Below are positions 21,400 to 30,693 of a stretch of DNA of 64,000 nt, one piece after another. The translations under genes were made by a program, and so were the position numbers. This stretch comes from Syntrophales bacterium (GTDB lineage Bacteria; Desulfobacterota; Syntrophia; Syntrophales; UBA8958), in assembly GCA_035358955.1 (NCBI GenBank), contig DAORXN010000001.1, positions 66,403-130,402 on the forward strand, given 5' to 3'. The first letter of the stretch is position 1, and each line of letters begins with the position of its first letter. A model generated the notes under the pieces. That model saw nothing but the letters and a program-made list of their open reading frames with translations, ran no database searches and was not told the DNA's origin.

Positions 21400-22749
21400 T
21401 CAGTGATGGTGACGGATGGCGTCCTCGATCTCTTCCACCAGCGTTCTTAATTTGATGTCCTCCTCTAACATTCTTTCCCATTTATTACAGGCATAAATCA
21501 CCGTCGAGTGGTCTCGGTTCCCTATCCTCTCTCCAATGTCGGGAAATGAGAGGTGGGTTAGGCGCCGCGCCATAAACATGGCCAATTGCCGGGCAAAGGC
21601 GATGTTTTTGTTCTTCTTGGGCGATTTAATATCGGAGACCTTGACCCCCGTCTTCGTGGCCACCACTTTCAGCACCTCGTCGATGGAGATGTCATCCGTT
21701 GCCTTCTGATTTATCATGTGCTTTAAGACGTCTCTTGCCAGGTCTAAGTCGATGGCGCGCTGTTTTAAAGAGGCGTAGGCCACGATTCTGAGGAGAAAGC
21801 CCTCCATTTCCCTAATGTTGGATTCCGTCTTCTCAGCAATGTAATAGGCGACGTTGTCCGGTAAGAGAATGTTGTTTTCCTGGGCCTTTTTCGTGATAAT
21901 CGCGATTTTCGTTTCGAGATCGGGGGGTTGAATATCCGCAATGAGACCCCATTCAAAACGAGAACGGAGACGACTTTCCAGATTTGGGATATCCTTCGGG
22001 AATTTGTCACTCGTCACCACTATTTGTTTTCCCGCATAATGGAGCGTGTTAAAGGTATGGAAGAATTCCTCTTGGGTTCTTTCCTTACCGGCGATGAATT
22101 GGATGTCGTCTATGAGTAAGCACTCCACGTTTCGGTACTTCTCCCTGAATTTGGCCATCGTTTCACAGCGGATAGAGTGGACCAGTTCGTTCATAAAGGC
22201 TTCGGCGGATACGTAGACGATGTTCATATCACTATAGAGCTCAAAGGTGCGAAGGCCAATGGCATTTAGGAGGTGGGTCTTCCCGAGACCCACACCTCCG
22301 TAGATGAAAAGGGGATTATAGTTTTTGGCTGGTTGTTCGGCGACGGAAATCGCCGCGGCATGTGCCAGCTGATTGGAAGGGCCCACCACAAAGCGCTCGA
22401 AACTGTACCTTTCGTTTAATTGGGGATGTATTCTCCGGCGGGTTTCCCTCTTGTTTAAGAGGTTGTTGGAACGAGAATCGGCCATCATCTCGCCATCTGA
22501 CTTCGCATGATCTTCGTAAATTTCGAAGGATAGGCTATAATCCCGGCCGGAAGACACCTTAAGGCTATTCCTGAGGAGAGATAAATAGTTTTCCTCGATC
22601 CATTCCTTGAAAAACCGATTGGGGACGGAGAGTTTTATCTCCTCCTCCTTAATGTCGGCCAGGCGAATAGGTTTAATCCAGATGTCGAAATTCTGCTGGC
22701 TTAAGTTTTCTTTGATGAGTTTGAGAGCTTCTTTCCAGATGCGATCCAA
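21400..22749 (-). CDS. dnaA: chromosomal replication initiator DnaA
   Basis: YSFERFVVGPSNQLAHAAA, Walker A GGVGLGKTHL, LLIDDIQF, and the domain IV motif DHSTVIYA. The start codon is TTG (plus strand caa at 22747-22749). Confidence 0.97.
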   Translation of the reverse strand: MDRIWKEALKLIKENLSQQNFDIWIKPIRLADIKEEEIKLSVPNRFFKEWIEENYLSLLRNSLKVSSGRDYSLSFEIYEDHAKSDGEMMADSRSNNLLNKRETRRRIHPQLNERYSFERFVVGPSNQLAHAAAISVAEQPAKNYNPLFIYGGVGLGKTHLLNAIGLRTFELYSDMNIVYVSAEAFMNELVHSIRCETMAKFREKYRNVECLLIDDIQFIAGKERTQEEFFHTFNTLHYAGKQIVVTSDKFPKDIPNLESRLRSRFEWGLIADIQPPDLETKIAIITKKAQENNILLPDNVAYYIAEKTESNIREMEGFLLRIVAYASLKQRAIDLDLARDVLKHMINQKATDDISIDEVLKVVATKTGVKVSDIKSPKKNKNIAFARQLAMFMARRLTHLSFPDIGERIGNRDHSTVIYACNKWERMLEEDIKLRTLVEEIEDAIRHHH

Positions 22750-22801
22750 TTTCCATCACCTTTTATCAACAGGGTTATTAACAAGTGTTGGTAAATTGCC
22801 T

Positions 22802-23653
22802 CTACTCGTAACGGTTTATGATCCGGTTCAGCAACCGGTTTAATTCCTCCGGAGAGGCAAATTTAATCTCGATCTGGCCGCCTCTTTTTCCTACCCTGAT
22901 CTTAACTGGAGTTCCGAGAATCGAGGAGGCTTCCCGCTCGTATTCCGTAAGGAGGGGATCCTTCGTGACCCGGTTGGCCTTTTTTTGCTGCATAAAGCGT
23001 CTGACCAGAGCTTCCGTTTCTCGGACGGAAAGGTCCCGAGAAATAACTTCCTTGAAGGCCTGGAGGATGTTTTCCGTCGCTTCCAGCGCCAGCAAGGCGC
23101 GGGCATGACCGGGGGAAATTCTTTTTTCTATCAGTGCCTTCTTCACACCCTCTGGCAGGCGAAGGAGTCGTAAGGCGTTGGCCACCGTAGACCGATCTTT
23201 GCCTATCCGGGAGGCTATCTCTTCCTGATGGAAGCCGAACCTTTCTATCAGGGTTTGATAGGCCTGCGCCTCCTCGATGGGATTGAGGTCGGTGCGCTGA
23301 AGGTTTTCTATGAGGGATATTTCCGCCACTTCGGCATCGGTCGCTGAACGGACGACAATCGGCACCTCTTTCAAACCCGCCTTTTGCGCGGCCCGCCACC
23401 TCCTTTCACCGGCAATTATCTCGTAAGCCCCATCTATTTTACGAACAATGATGGGCTGGACAATGCCCTTATCTTTGATGGATTGAATAAGCTCCCTTTG
23501 CTCTTCTTCAGGGAAGTCTCGGCGCGGCTGAAAGCGGTTGGGCACCAGTTCCTCGATGCCACAGGTTCTATAGGTACTGCGCCCTTCGAGGGAGACCTCC
23601 AATTCGGGAAATAAGGCGCTCAATCCTTTCCCCAGGGGGGCCTTTTGTTTCAT
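22802..23653 (-). CDS. parB: chromosome partitioning protein ParB/Spo0J
   Basis: The ParB-box motifs QPRRDF, GIVQPIIVR, IIAGERRWRAA, and the HTH QEEIASRIGKDRSTVANALRLL. Confidence 0.93.
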   Translation of the reverse strand: MKQKAPLGKGLSALFPELEVSLEGRSTYRTCGIEELVPNRFQPRRDFPEEEQRELIQSIKDKGIVQPIIVRKIDGAYEIIAGERRWRAAQKAGLKEVPIVVRSATDAEVAEISLIENLQRTDLNPIEEAQAYQTLIERFGFHQEEIASRIGKDRSTVANALRLLRLPEGVKKALIEKRISPGHARALLALEATENILQAFKEVISRDLSVRETEALVRRFMQQKKANRVTKDPLLTEYEREASSILGTPVKIRVGKRGGQIEIKFASPEELNRLLNRIINRYE

Positions 23654-24423
23654 GAGAACCTCCCATTTTTTAGTATTTCCTGGGCGAGCTCTAAATAGGC
23701 GATAGCACCCCTGGATCTGGCATCGTATAGGAGAATGGGAAGCCCATGGCTGGGACTTTCAGAGAGGCGTACGTTTCTCGGGATGACCGTGTTAAACACC
23801 TTCTCTCCAAAGTGTTTCCTCACGTCTTTTTCCACCTGATGGGAGAGGAGGTTGCGGCGGTCAAACATGGTAAGGAGAATGCCACCCAGCTCCAGCTTCG
23901 GATTGTAGACATTCCTGACGAGTTTCAAGGTGTTTAAGAGGTGTCCCAAACCTTCCATGGCAAAATATTCACATTGGAGCGGTACAATTACCATATCGGA
24001 GGCCACGAGGGCATTGATGGTGATGAGTCCCAGCGACGGGGGACAGTCGATGATGATGTAATCGTAATCCGCCTTTATTTCTTGCAAGGTTTCTTCTAAT
24101 CTCCGCTCCCTAACTTCCATTTGAATTAACTCAATTTCCGCCCCGATCAGGTTTTGATCCGCCGGGATAAGGGAAAGGAAGGGCAAAATGGTCTCCATGC
24201 ACACTTCCCTTGCCCTTTTTAAACCGATCAGGGCGTGATAGAGGTTGGCTTCCCTTATATCGCTAAAGCTGATGCCCAACCCCGTCGTGGCATTGCCTTG
24301 CGAGTCGCTATCCACGAGCAAGGTTTTTTTTTCCGCAATGGCAAGGGCCGAGGCCAGATTGATGGCCGAAGTCGTCTTGCCAACCCCGCCTTTTTGATTG
24401 GCGACACTAATGATTTTACCCAT
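23650..24423 (-). CDS. parA: chromosome partitioning ATPase ParA/Soj
   Basis: The deviant Walker A box VANQKGGVGKTT. I placed the start at ATG 24421-24423 (MGKIISVANQKGG), not at the GTG at 24468 used by the ORF track. It overlaps the parB start by 4 nt. Confidence 0.92.
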   Translation of the reverse strand: MGKIISVANQKGGVGKTTSAINLASALAIAEKKTLLVDSDSQGNATTGLGISFSDIREANLYHALIGLKRAREVCMETILPFLSLIPADQNLIGAEIELIQMEVRERRLEETLQEIKADYDYIIIDCPPSLGLITINALVASDMVIVPLQCEYFAMEGLGHLLNTLKLVRNVYNPKLELGGILLTMFDRRNLLSHQVEKDVRKHFGEKVFNTVIPRNVRLSESPSHGLPILLYDARSRGAIAYLELAQEILKNGRFS

Positions 24424-24521
24424 CTCAGTTCCGGGAAAGCAGGCCTTTAGTATGTGCCTCCCTAACACAAAAGGGGGTTTTTGGGAAGCATTTTTTTGCG
24501 GTCCAGATGATTTTAACTACC

Positions 24522-25202
24522 TTATATCACTTGCTTTTTAAAAATCAAAACCCTTCTTCGTCGAGAGGCATCGGGGAGGATTACCTCGACATCCTTTTCT
24601 AAGAAAAATTCTTTGATTTCAAGAAGTTTCATTGCTTCTGACCACTCTTCTCCGGGGATCTGTCCTTTGAGGGCGATTAACATCCCCCCAGGGGCGAGAA
24701 AACGGCCCGCCAGGTCCAGGTACTTGGGCAATTTCCAGGTGGCCCGCGAAACAACAACATCGTACTTTTTCTTGTCGTTTTCAATAGTTACATTTTCTGC
24801 CCGGTCGTTGATAACGGTCACCCTCGACAGGAAAAGCTGTCTTCTTACCTCCCGGAGAAAGGAAGTGCGGCGACGGGAGGCATCTAACAGCGTCAGGTCG
24901 ATCTCGGGGCGCATGATTTTAAGGGGGATGCCGGGCAGACCGGCCCCGGTGCCCAAATCTATCAGAGAAAAATCATGGGTCGGTAAGAACGGCAAGGGGC
25001 TAAGGGCATCCAAAAGGTGGAGGAGGAAGAAATCCCTTTCGTTTTTGACGGAGACCAAGTTGATCCGTCGGTTCCATTTTTCGAGAAGCTGCCAGAATTG
25101 TCTGAGCGTGGTAAATTGCCCTTCATCTAAGCCGATACCCCAATTCTTAACCTCGCGAAAGAACAAGGCCTCGAAATCCACGTTCCCCTTGTCACTTCTC
25201 AC
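24522..25202 (-). CDS. rsmG: 16S rRNA (guanine527-N7)-methyltransferase RsmG (GidB)
   Basis: NLVSVKN, the SAM motif IDLGTGAGLPGIPL, VVSRA, and the position upstream of parAB. Confidence 0.9.
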   Translation of the reverse strand: MRSDKGNVDFEALFFREVKNWGIGLDEGQFTTLRQFWQLLEKWNRRINLVSVKNERDFFLLHLLDALSPLPFLPTHDFSLIDLGTGAGLPGIPLKIMRPEIDLTLLDASRRRTSFLREVRRQLFLSRVTVINDRAENVTIENDKKKYDVVVSRATWKLPKYLDLAGRFLAPGGMLIALKGQIPGEEWSEAMKLLEIKEFFLEKDVEVILPDASRRRRVLIFKKQVI

Positions 25203-25929
25203 CGAGTAGCATTTCCTTCACTCGCGCGAGTTCTTCCGGCGAGTCCACTTCTACAGAATCGTAGGCAGAAACAATACATTTAATGCGATACCCGTATTCT
25301 AGGACCCGGAGCTGCTCAAGGGATTCGAGCATCTCCAGAGTGCCATCCGGCAGGGTGGAGAAGGTGTGAAGAAACTGGACGCGATAGGCGTAGATGCCGT
25401 GATGTTTGTAATACCGGGCCTTTTTCCCCTTTTCCCTGACGAAAGGGATAGTGCTCCGGGAGAAATAGAGGGCGAAGCCCTCACGGTCACAAACCGTCTT
25501 CACGGCGTGGGGATGGGTCACTTCTTCCTCTCTTGCGATGGGATAAATAAGGGTGGTCATGTAAAGTCGGGAATCACGCAGGAGGGGGGAAACCACCTCT
25601 GTAATTTGCTCCGGGTTGAAGAGGGGTTGGTCACCCTGGACATTTACCACGATATCTTCATCCGCAAGCCCCAATATTTTTGCGGCTTCGGCTACTCGAT
25701 CACTTCCTGATCGGTGGTAAGAGGCGGTCATGACCGCCTTGCCCCCGAAAGCAATCACTCGATCATGGATTCGCTTGTCGTCGGTGGCCACGGCGACCAT
25801 CTCCACCCGGGGGGAAAGCCGCACCCTTTCATAAACATGCTGAATCATCGGCTTGCCTAATAGATCGGCGAGGGGTTTGCCCGGAAACCGGCTTGAATCG
25901 TAACGTGCGGGGATGATGCATGCAATCAT
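25192..25929 (-). CDS. kdsB: 3-deoxy-manno-octulosonate cytidylyltransferase
   Basis: IIPARYDSSRFPGKPLADLLGKPMIQHVYER and VNVQGDQP. The start is set at ATG 25927-25929 (MIACIIPAR). The track's TTG at 25950 adds 7 poorly supported residues. Confidence 0.9.
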   Translation of the reverse strand: MIACIIPARYDSSRFPGKPLADLLGKPMIQHVYERVRLSPRVEMVAVATDDKRIHDRVIAFGGKAVMTASYHRSGSDRVAEAAKILGLADEDIVVNVQGDQPLFNPEQITEVVSPLLRDSRLYMTTLIYPIAREEEVTHPHAVKTVCDREGFALYFSRSTIPFVREKGKKARYYKHHGIYAYRVQFLHTFSTLPDGTLEMLESLEQLRVLEYGYRIKCIVSAYDSVEVDSPEELARVKEMLLGEK

Positions 25930-26033
25930 TAAGTCTCTTCTCCACGGCAACTCTATTATGGGGAGCCTTACCTGTCAAGATGGTTGTATACCTCCCGGCC
26001 TTTATGTTAAATCGGATACATAAGGAGGCTTTC

Positions 26034-27941
26034 ATGAAGCATGTCATTCTGGGCACGGCGGGGCACGTAGACCATGGCAAGACGGCCCTCGTAAAGGCCT
26101 TAACGGGCATCGACACGGATCGGCTCAAGGAGGAAAAGGAAAGGGGCATCACCATTGATCTCGGCTTTGCCTTCCTTCATCTTCCCAGCGGAAAGACCAT
26201 TGGTATCGTAGATGTCCCTGGGCACGAGCGATTCGTAAAAAACATGGTCGCCGGGGCCACAGGTATTGACTGCGTGGTCCTCGTGATTGCCGCCGATGAA
26301 GGTGTCATGCCTCAGACGAGGGAACATTTGGCCATCTGTTCGCTTCTGGGGGTAAAGAAGGGCCTTGTCGCCTTAACCAAGGTAGACCTGGTGGAAAAGG
26401 AATGGCTTGCTCTCGTGACCGACGAGGTGAGGGAATTTACGAGGGGCACCTTTTTAGAAGGGGCCCCCATTGTCCCGGTATCTTCTGTGACGGGGGAGGG
26501 TATCGAGGCCTTCCTCGTGGCCTTGGACGACTGTATAAGCAAGGTGGAGGCAGAAAGTGATTCAGGTGTCTTCCGGCTTCCTGTTGATCGCGTATTTACG
26601 GTCAAAGGCTTCGGTACCGTGCTTACGGGAACCATAGCGAGCGGCCACATCACGGTCGGGGAAGAGGTGGTCATCCTGCCATCGGGCAGGAGGGGGAAGG
26701 TAAGGGGGATCCAGAACCATGGGATCCCCGTTGAGCGGGCTTACCGGGGGCAACGGGCGGCGGTAAACATCTCGGGATGGGATAAAAGCGAGGCCCAAAG
26801 GGGGGATGTGCTCTGCCGACCGGGCACTTTAACGCCTACCCACCGCCTCGATACGCTCCTGGAGTTTCTCCCTTCCAATGAGAGAGATTTGAAGACGAGG
26901 CAACTCGTTCGCCTCCACGTGGGTACTTGTGAGGTCATGGCCCGGGTAGTGATAATCGGGCGCGAGAGCGTAAGACCGGGCGAGGCGGCCTATGCCCAAT
27001 TGTTCTTGGAGCGACCGACGGCGGTGATGGCGCAAGATCGCTTCGTCATCCGGAGTTATTCTCCCATTACCACCATCGGCGGGGGCCTGGTGCTTGATCC
27101 CCTGCCCAAGAAGTACAGAAAGGGCTTCAAGGGATACGAAGAGGAATTGGCCATCCTCCGACAAGGCGAGGAAGAGGAGAGGGTGAAAGTGATCGTAGAT
27201 CGTGGTGGCTGGGCGGGTGTTTCCCTCTCAGAGCTTGTCATGCGTACGGGGATAGGTATCTCTCGATTAAAGACGGTGATCGAGGCCCTGTGGTCTCGCC
27301 AAGATGCCGTCGTCATAGAGGACGACGAGAAAAGGTCGGTTTCCGGGCGGATCTATCAGCTGTTGCAGGGAAATATACGTGAGGAAATAGCCTCTTACCA
27401 CGAAAAAAACCCTTTGAAGGAAGGAGTACCGAAAGAGGAATTGCGTCAGCTCTTGGGAGGATTCATCTCCCCCCGGCTCTTTAACCGCGCCTTGGCCGCA
27501 CTGGAAAAGAGTGGGGTGGTTACGGTGGAGAGGGAGCTCGTGCGCTTGTCCCAGCATCGCGTATCCCTCGATAATCTCAAAGAATTGCGCCAACGTTTAG
27601 AAGATAGGTACCTGCGGGCCGGCCTCATGCCGCCCACCAGGCGAGAGGTGTTGGAGGGAAACGATGCCCCGCCAGAGACGGAGGTTGTTTTGGAGCTTCT
27701 CACAAAGGAGGGGGTGCTCGTGAAGGTAAGTGAAGAACTATATTTTCATAAAGAAGCCATCCAGCGTTTGTGGGAGGACTATCGCACACTGCTCCTGCGG
27801 GAGGGGAAGGCTACCCCCCTGTCCTTCAAAGAAATGACGGGGCTGACGCGAAAATTCATCATCCCCCTGATGGAATATTTCGACGCCCAGAAACTCACCA
27901 TCCGCACGGGGGACTACAGGATCTTGAGGGGGAAAGGGTGA
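26034..27941 (+). CDS. selB: selenocysteine-specific elongation factor SelB
   Basis: The G-domain motifs [19 protein letters not shown] and TKVD, then long winged-helix C-terminal domains. The start is set at ATG 26034, preceded by AAGGAGG (26022-26028). The track's upstream 38 aa are hydrophobic junk overlapping kdsB. Confidence 0.92.
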   Translation: MKHVILGTAGHVDHGKTALVKALTGIDTDRLKEEKERGITIDLGFAFLHLPSGKTIGIVDVPGHERFVKNMVAGATGIDCVVLVIAADEGVMPQTREHLAICSLLGVKKGLVALTKVDLVEKEWLALVTDEVREFTRGTFLEGAPIVPVSSVTGEGIEAFLVALDDCISKVEAESDSGVFRLPVDRVFTVKGFGTVLTGTIASGHITVGEEVVILPSGRRGKVRGIQNHGIPVERAYRGQRAAVNISGWDKSEAQRGDVLCRPGTLTPTHRLDTLLEFLPSNERDLKTRQLVRLHVGTCEVMARVVIIGRESVRPGEAAYAQLFLERPTAVMAQDRFVIRSYSPITTIGGGLVLDPLPKKYRKGFKGYEEELAILRQGEEEERVKVIVDRGGWAGVSLSELVMRTGIGISRLKTVIEALWSRQDAVVIEDDEKRSVSGRIYQLLQGNIREEIASYHEKNPLKEGVPKEELRQLLGGFISPRLFNRALAALEKSGVVTVERELVRLSQHRVSLDNLKELRQRLEDRYLRAGLMPPTRREVLEGNDAPPETEVVLELLTKEGVLVKVSEELYFHKEAIQRLWEDYRTLLLREGKATPLSFKEMTGLTRKFIIPLMEYFDAQKLTIRTGDYRILRGKG

Positions 27942-27943
27942 AG

Positions 27944-28687
27944 ATGGAAAATCCCCCCTTTAACCGGATCAAGGTGCACAACTATCGCCATGGGAACTGG
28001 GCTTCGCAAGAGGAATGGGTAGTGCCGGAGCATTTTCTCGAGATATTTCTCAATGACCAATCCCTCGTCCAAATCGCCTGTTTGGGCAGACATCTCGATG
28101 AACTGGCCGTGGGCTTTCTCTATACGGAGGGATACGTAGAGCAATTCGCCGATATCAAGGACATGATGGTAGATACGTCTCAATGGTGGGTAAAGGTCTA
28201 CACGCATCGTCCCGTACCCACTTTACCGTCCAAAACGGTTCTGGCTTCGAGTGGGGCCCGCTTCAACTCCGAAGAGATACCTCCCCACCCTAACTTTACC
28301 CCTTCCGTTGGTCTCTCCCCGGAACGCGTCTTTAACCTCGTGGAAGAAATGGTTCTCAGGGCCCGGGTGCATGAGGTTACAGGAGGCACCCATAGTGCGG
28401 CCCTCGCCAATGAGAGCGGGATTTTATGCCTGCGGGAAGACATCGGTCGCCACAACTGCCTGGATATGCTGGCGGGGTATGGTTTAATGAACGGTCTCGA
28501 TGTTTCTGATAAATGGGTGTTGCGAACAGGGAGGGTATCCACGGAAATCATAAAGAAGGTGGCAAGAATGGGGGTAAGGATGGTGATTTCCCTTTCCGTT
28601 CCTACCATGTCGGCGATAGAACTGGCCCGGCAATGGGGTATCACGCTCATCGGCCGGGTGCGAAACGGGGAGATGATTATCTATTAG
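27944..28687 (+). CDS. fdhD: formate dehydrogenase accessory sulfurtransferase FdhD
   Basis: LAVGFLYTEGY, SSGARF, GGTHSAAL and GRHNCLDM. The start is set at ATG 27944, 3 nt after the selB stop. The track's longer ORF overlaps selB in another frame. Confidence 0.88.
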   Translation: MENPPFNRIKVHNYRHGNWASQEEWVVPEHFLEIFLNDQSLVQIACLGRHLDELAVGFLYTEGYVEQFADIKDMMVDTSQWWVKVYTHRPVPTLPSKTVLASSGARFNSEEIPPHPNFTPSVGLSPERVFNLVEEMVLRARVHEVTGGTHSAALANESGILCLREDIGRHNCLDMLAGYGLMNGLDVSDKWVLRTGRVSTEIIKKVARMGVRMVISLSVPTMSAIELARQWGITLIGRVRNGEMIIY

Positions 28688-28711
28688 GGCGAGGTATCAC
28701 AAGGAGGCAGG

Positions 28712-29680
28712 ATGAAAAAAACCGTGTTTCTCAAGGACATTAAGGCGGGAGATAAGGTGGATGACTTCTTTCTTGTCGCCGAGAAGAATTCCGCCTTTTC
28801 TCAAAAGGGCACGCCTTATTTGAACATTCGGCTCAAGGACAAGACGGGGGAGATGGAGGCCAAGGTGTGGGACAACGTGGAAAGATTGGACCAGATGTGT
28901 AAGAAGGGGGACTACGTCTATGTAAGATCCCGGGCGGTAACTTACAGAAATGCCGTGCAGCTTTCCCTCCTCGACATCAGACCCGCTTCCCCGGCCGAGA
29001 TCGATCCCCTGGACTATTTCCCTACCATCGAGGGGGATGTTGATGTGCTCTACGCCGAGCTTTACGCTTATATCGACCGGGTTAAGGATCCCTACCTCAA
29101 TCGCCTCTTGCATGCCTTTTTTGATGAGGCGGATTTCCGAGAGATGTTCAAGCGGGCCCCCGCGGCGAAGGGGTTTCATCACAACAGTTTGGGCGGTCTC
29201 CTCGAACATACCCTCTCCGTCACAAAACTGCTCGATTTTATTTTAGGGCATTATCCAGCCTTGAAAAGGGACCTGGTACTTGCGGGGGGGATCCTCCATG
29301 ACATCGGCAAGATACGCGAGTTTTCCTATGAAGGCTTGGTGGATTATACTGATGAGGGGCGCTTGATCGGCCACATCGTCATGGGGGTCGAGATGATAGA
29401 CGAAAAAATAAAAGAGATGGATGGCTTCCCTCAACAAATGGCGTTAGAATTACGTCATATCATCTTAAGCCATCACGGGGCGCTGGAATTCGGTTCCCCG
29501 AAGCGCCCCAAGACCATGGAAGCCCTGGTCGTTCATCAGGTCGACGATTTGGATGCCAAGATCAATGCGTTTCAGGAGTTCATTAAAGGTACCCCCGACC
29601 CGGCTTCGTCCTGGACGCCTTTTCACCGCCTACTTGACCGGTATATTTACCGAGGGCAAAACGAAGAGGAGATGGACTAA
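28712..29680 (+). CDS. OB-fold + HD-domain phosphohydrolase (YhaM-like 3'-5' exoribonuclease family)
   Basis: An N-terminal OB region (FFLVAEKNSAFSQKGTPYLNIRLKDKTGEMEAKVWD), then the HD motifs HHNSLGGLLEHT, GGILHDIGK and SHHG. Confidence 0.75.
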   Translation: MKKTVFLKDIKAGDKVDDFFLVAEKNSAFSQKGTPYLNIRLKDKTGEMEAKVWDNVERLDQMCKKGDYVYVRSRAVTYRNAVQLSLLDIRPASPAEIDPLDYFPTIEGDVDVLYAELYAYIDRVKDPYLNRLLHAFFDEADFREMFKRAPAAKGFHHNSLGGLLEHTLSVTKLLDFILGHYPALKRDLVLAGGILHDIGKIREFSYEGLVDYTDEGRLIGHIVMGVEMIDEKIKEMDGFPQQMALELRHIILSHHGALEFGSPKRPKTMEALVVHQVDDLDAKINAFQEFIKGTPDPASSWTPFHRLLDRYIYRGQNEEEMD

Positions 29681-30573
29681 GCGACCATTTCCGCGATGAT
29701 ATCCCGGATGGGCTTTATCTCTCGGATGAGGGCACTTACCTGCCCCGCTCCGGCGAGGGCATGTTCGTAATCGCCCCGTTCCCAGGCTTGGAGGCCTGCC
29801 CGATAATTGATGGCCTCTTCTAAGTCCACATCTTGCCTTGCCAAGAGGGACTTAAGCCAGGGCGTAATGATTACCCGGGTCAAAAGGCCCTTTTGCACGG
29901 GGATGAGGGTGGTCCCCCCGTCGGTACTTTCTACAATCATCTGCTTCCATTTCTCGGGGATCGTGCTTTCCGTGGAGGCGAGAAAACGGGTGCCAATCTG
30001 CACACCCTGGGCTCCTAAGGCGAAGGCCGCCCGGTAGCCTCGGGCATCGGCGATGCCACCAGCGGCCACGATGGGCAGGGAGACGTGATCCGCCACCAGA
30101 GGGACGAGGACCATCGTCGAAGATTCGGGATTGCGGGAGCGCAGGCCTCCCGCCTCGGATCCCACGACCACCAAACCGTCCGCCCCAGCCTCGGCCGCCT
30201 TCAGGGCGTGGGGGAGGGAAAGGACCACATGCAGGCCTTGAAGCCCTAATTCATGAAGAAAGGGGTAAATTTTATCCGGCCGGCCGACGGAGGTGGTGAC
30301 GGTCTTAATCCCTTCTTCGGCAAGCAGGGTAAGGATTTCTTTTACCTTGGGATTAAGCAAAACGACGTTGGCCCCGAACGGCTTGTCCGTGAGGGCCCGT
30401 ACCTCTCGAATCAACCTCCTTATTTCTTCTATGTCGTCAATGAACCCCAGGGCGAGCATCCCGTAAGCCCCGGCTTCACTTACCTCGGCCACCATGCGTG
30501 GAGAATTCATATTCCCGATGGGCCCCTGGATGATGGGATATCGGCAACCTAACATGGTAAGTAATGTGCTCAT
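29677..30573 (-). CDS. nitronate monooxygenase / FabK-like FMN oxidoreductase (NPD family)
   Basis: LGCRYPIIQGPIGNMNSP, and the TIM-barrel FMN motifs VVGSEAGG and AAGGIADARG. The start is set at ATG 30571-30573 (MSTLL...). Confidence 0.8.
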   Translation of the reverse strand: MSTLLTMLGCRYPIIQGPIGNMNSPRMVAEVSEAGAYGMLALGFIDDIEEIRRLIREVRALTDKPFGANVVLLNPKVKEILTLLAEEGIKTVTTSVGRPDKIYPFLHELGLQGLHVVLSLPHALKAAEAGADGLVVVGSEAGGLRSRNPESSTMVLVPLVADHVSLPIVAAGGIADARGYRAAFALGAQGVQIGTRFLASTESTIPEKWKQMIVESTDGGTTLIPVQKGLLTRVIITPWLKSLLARQDVDLEEAINYRAGLQAWERGDYEHALAGAGQVSALIREIKPIRDIIAEMVA

Positions 30574-30693
30574 GGCTTCCCCTTCCCCTTTCTGAGCGTC
30601 TGCCTGAATATACCTGAGGGCCGTCATTCCGTCAATTGGACCCGGGAAAAATCATCTTGATTATGAAGGCCAAAAGCAATATGAAGCCCGCCT

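Noticed and set aside
24613-25209. A 198-aa plus-strand ORF
   Set aside because: It is antisense to rsmG, which has a clear SAM-binding motif.
25920-26033. A 38-aa N-terminal extension of selB in the ORF track (and similarly 27770-27943 for fdhD)
   Set aside because: The extensions overlap kdsB and selB respectively and lack an SD sequence. The canonical N-termini ([24 protein letters not shown]...) begin at ATGs with good context: AAGGAGG for selB, and stop-start coupling for fdhD.
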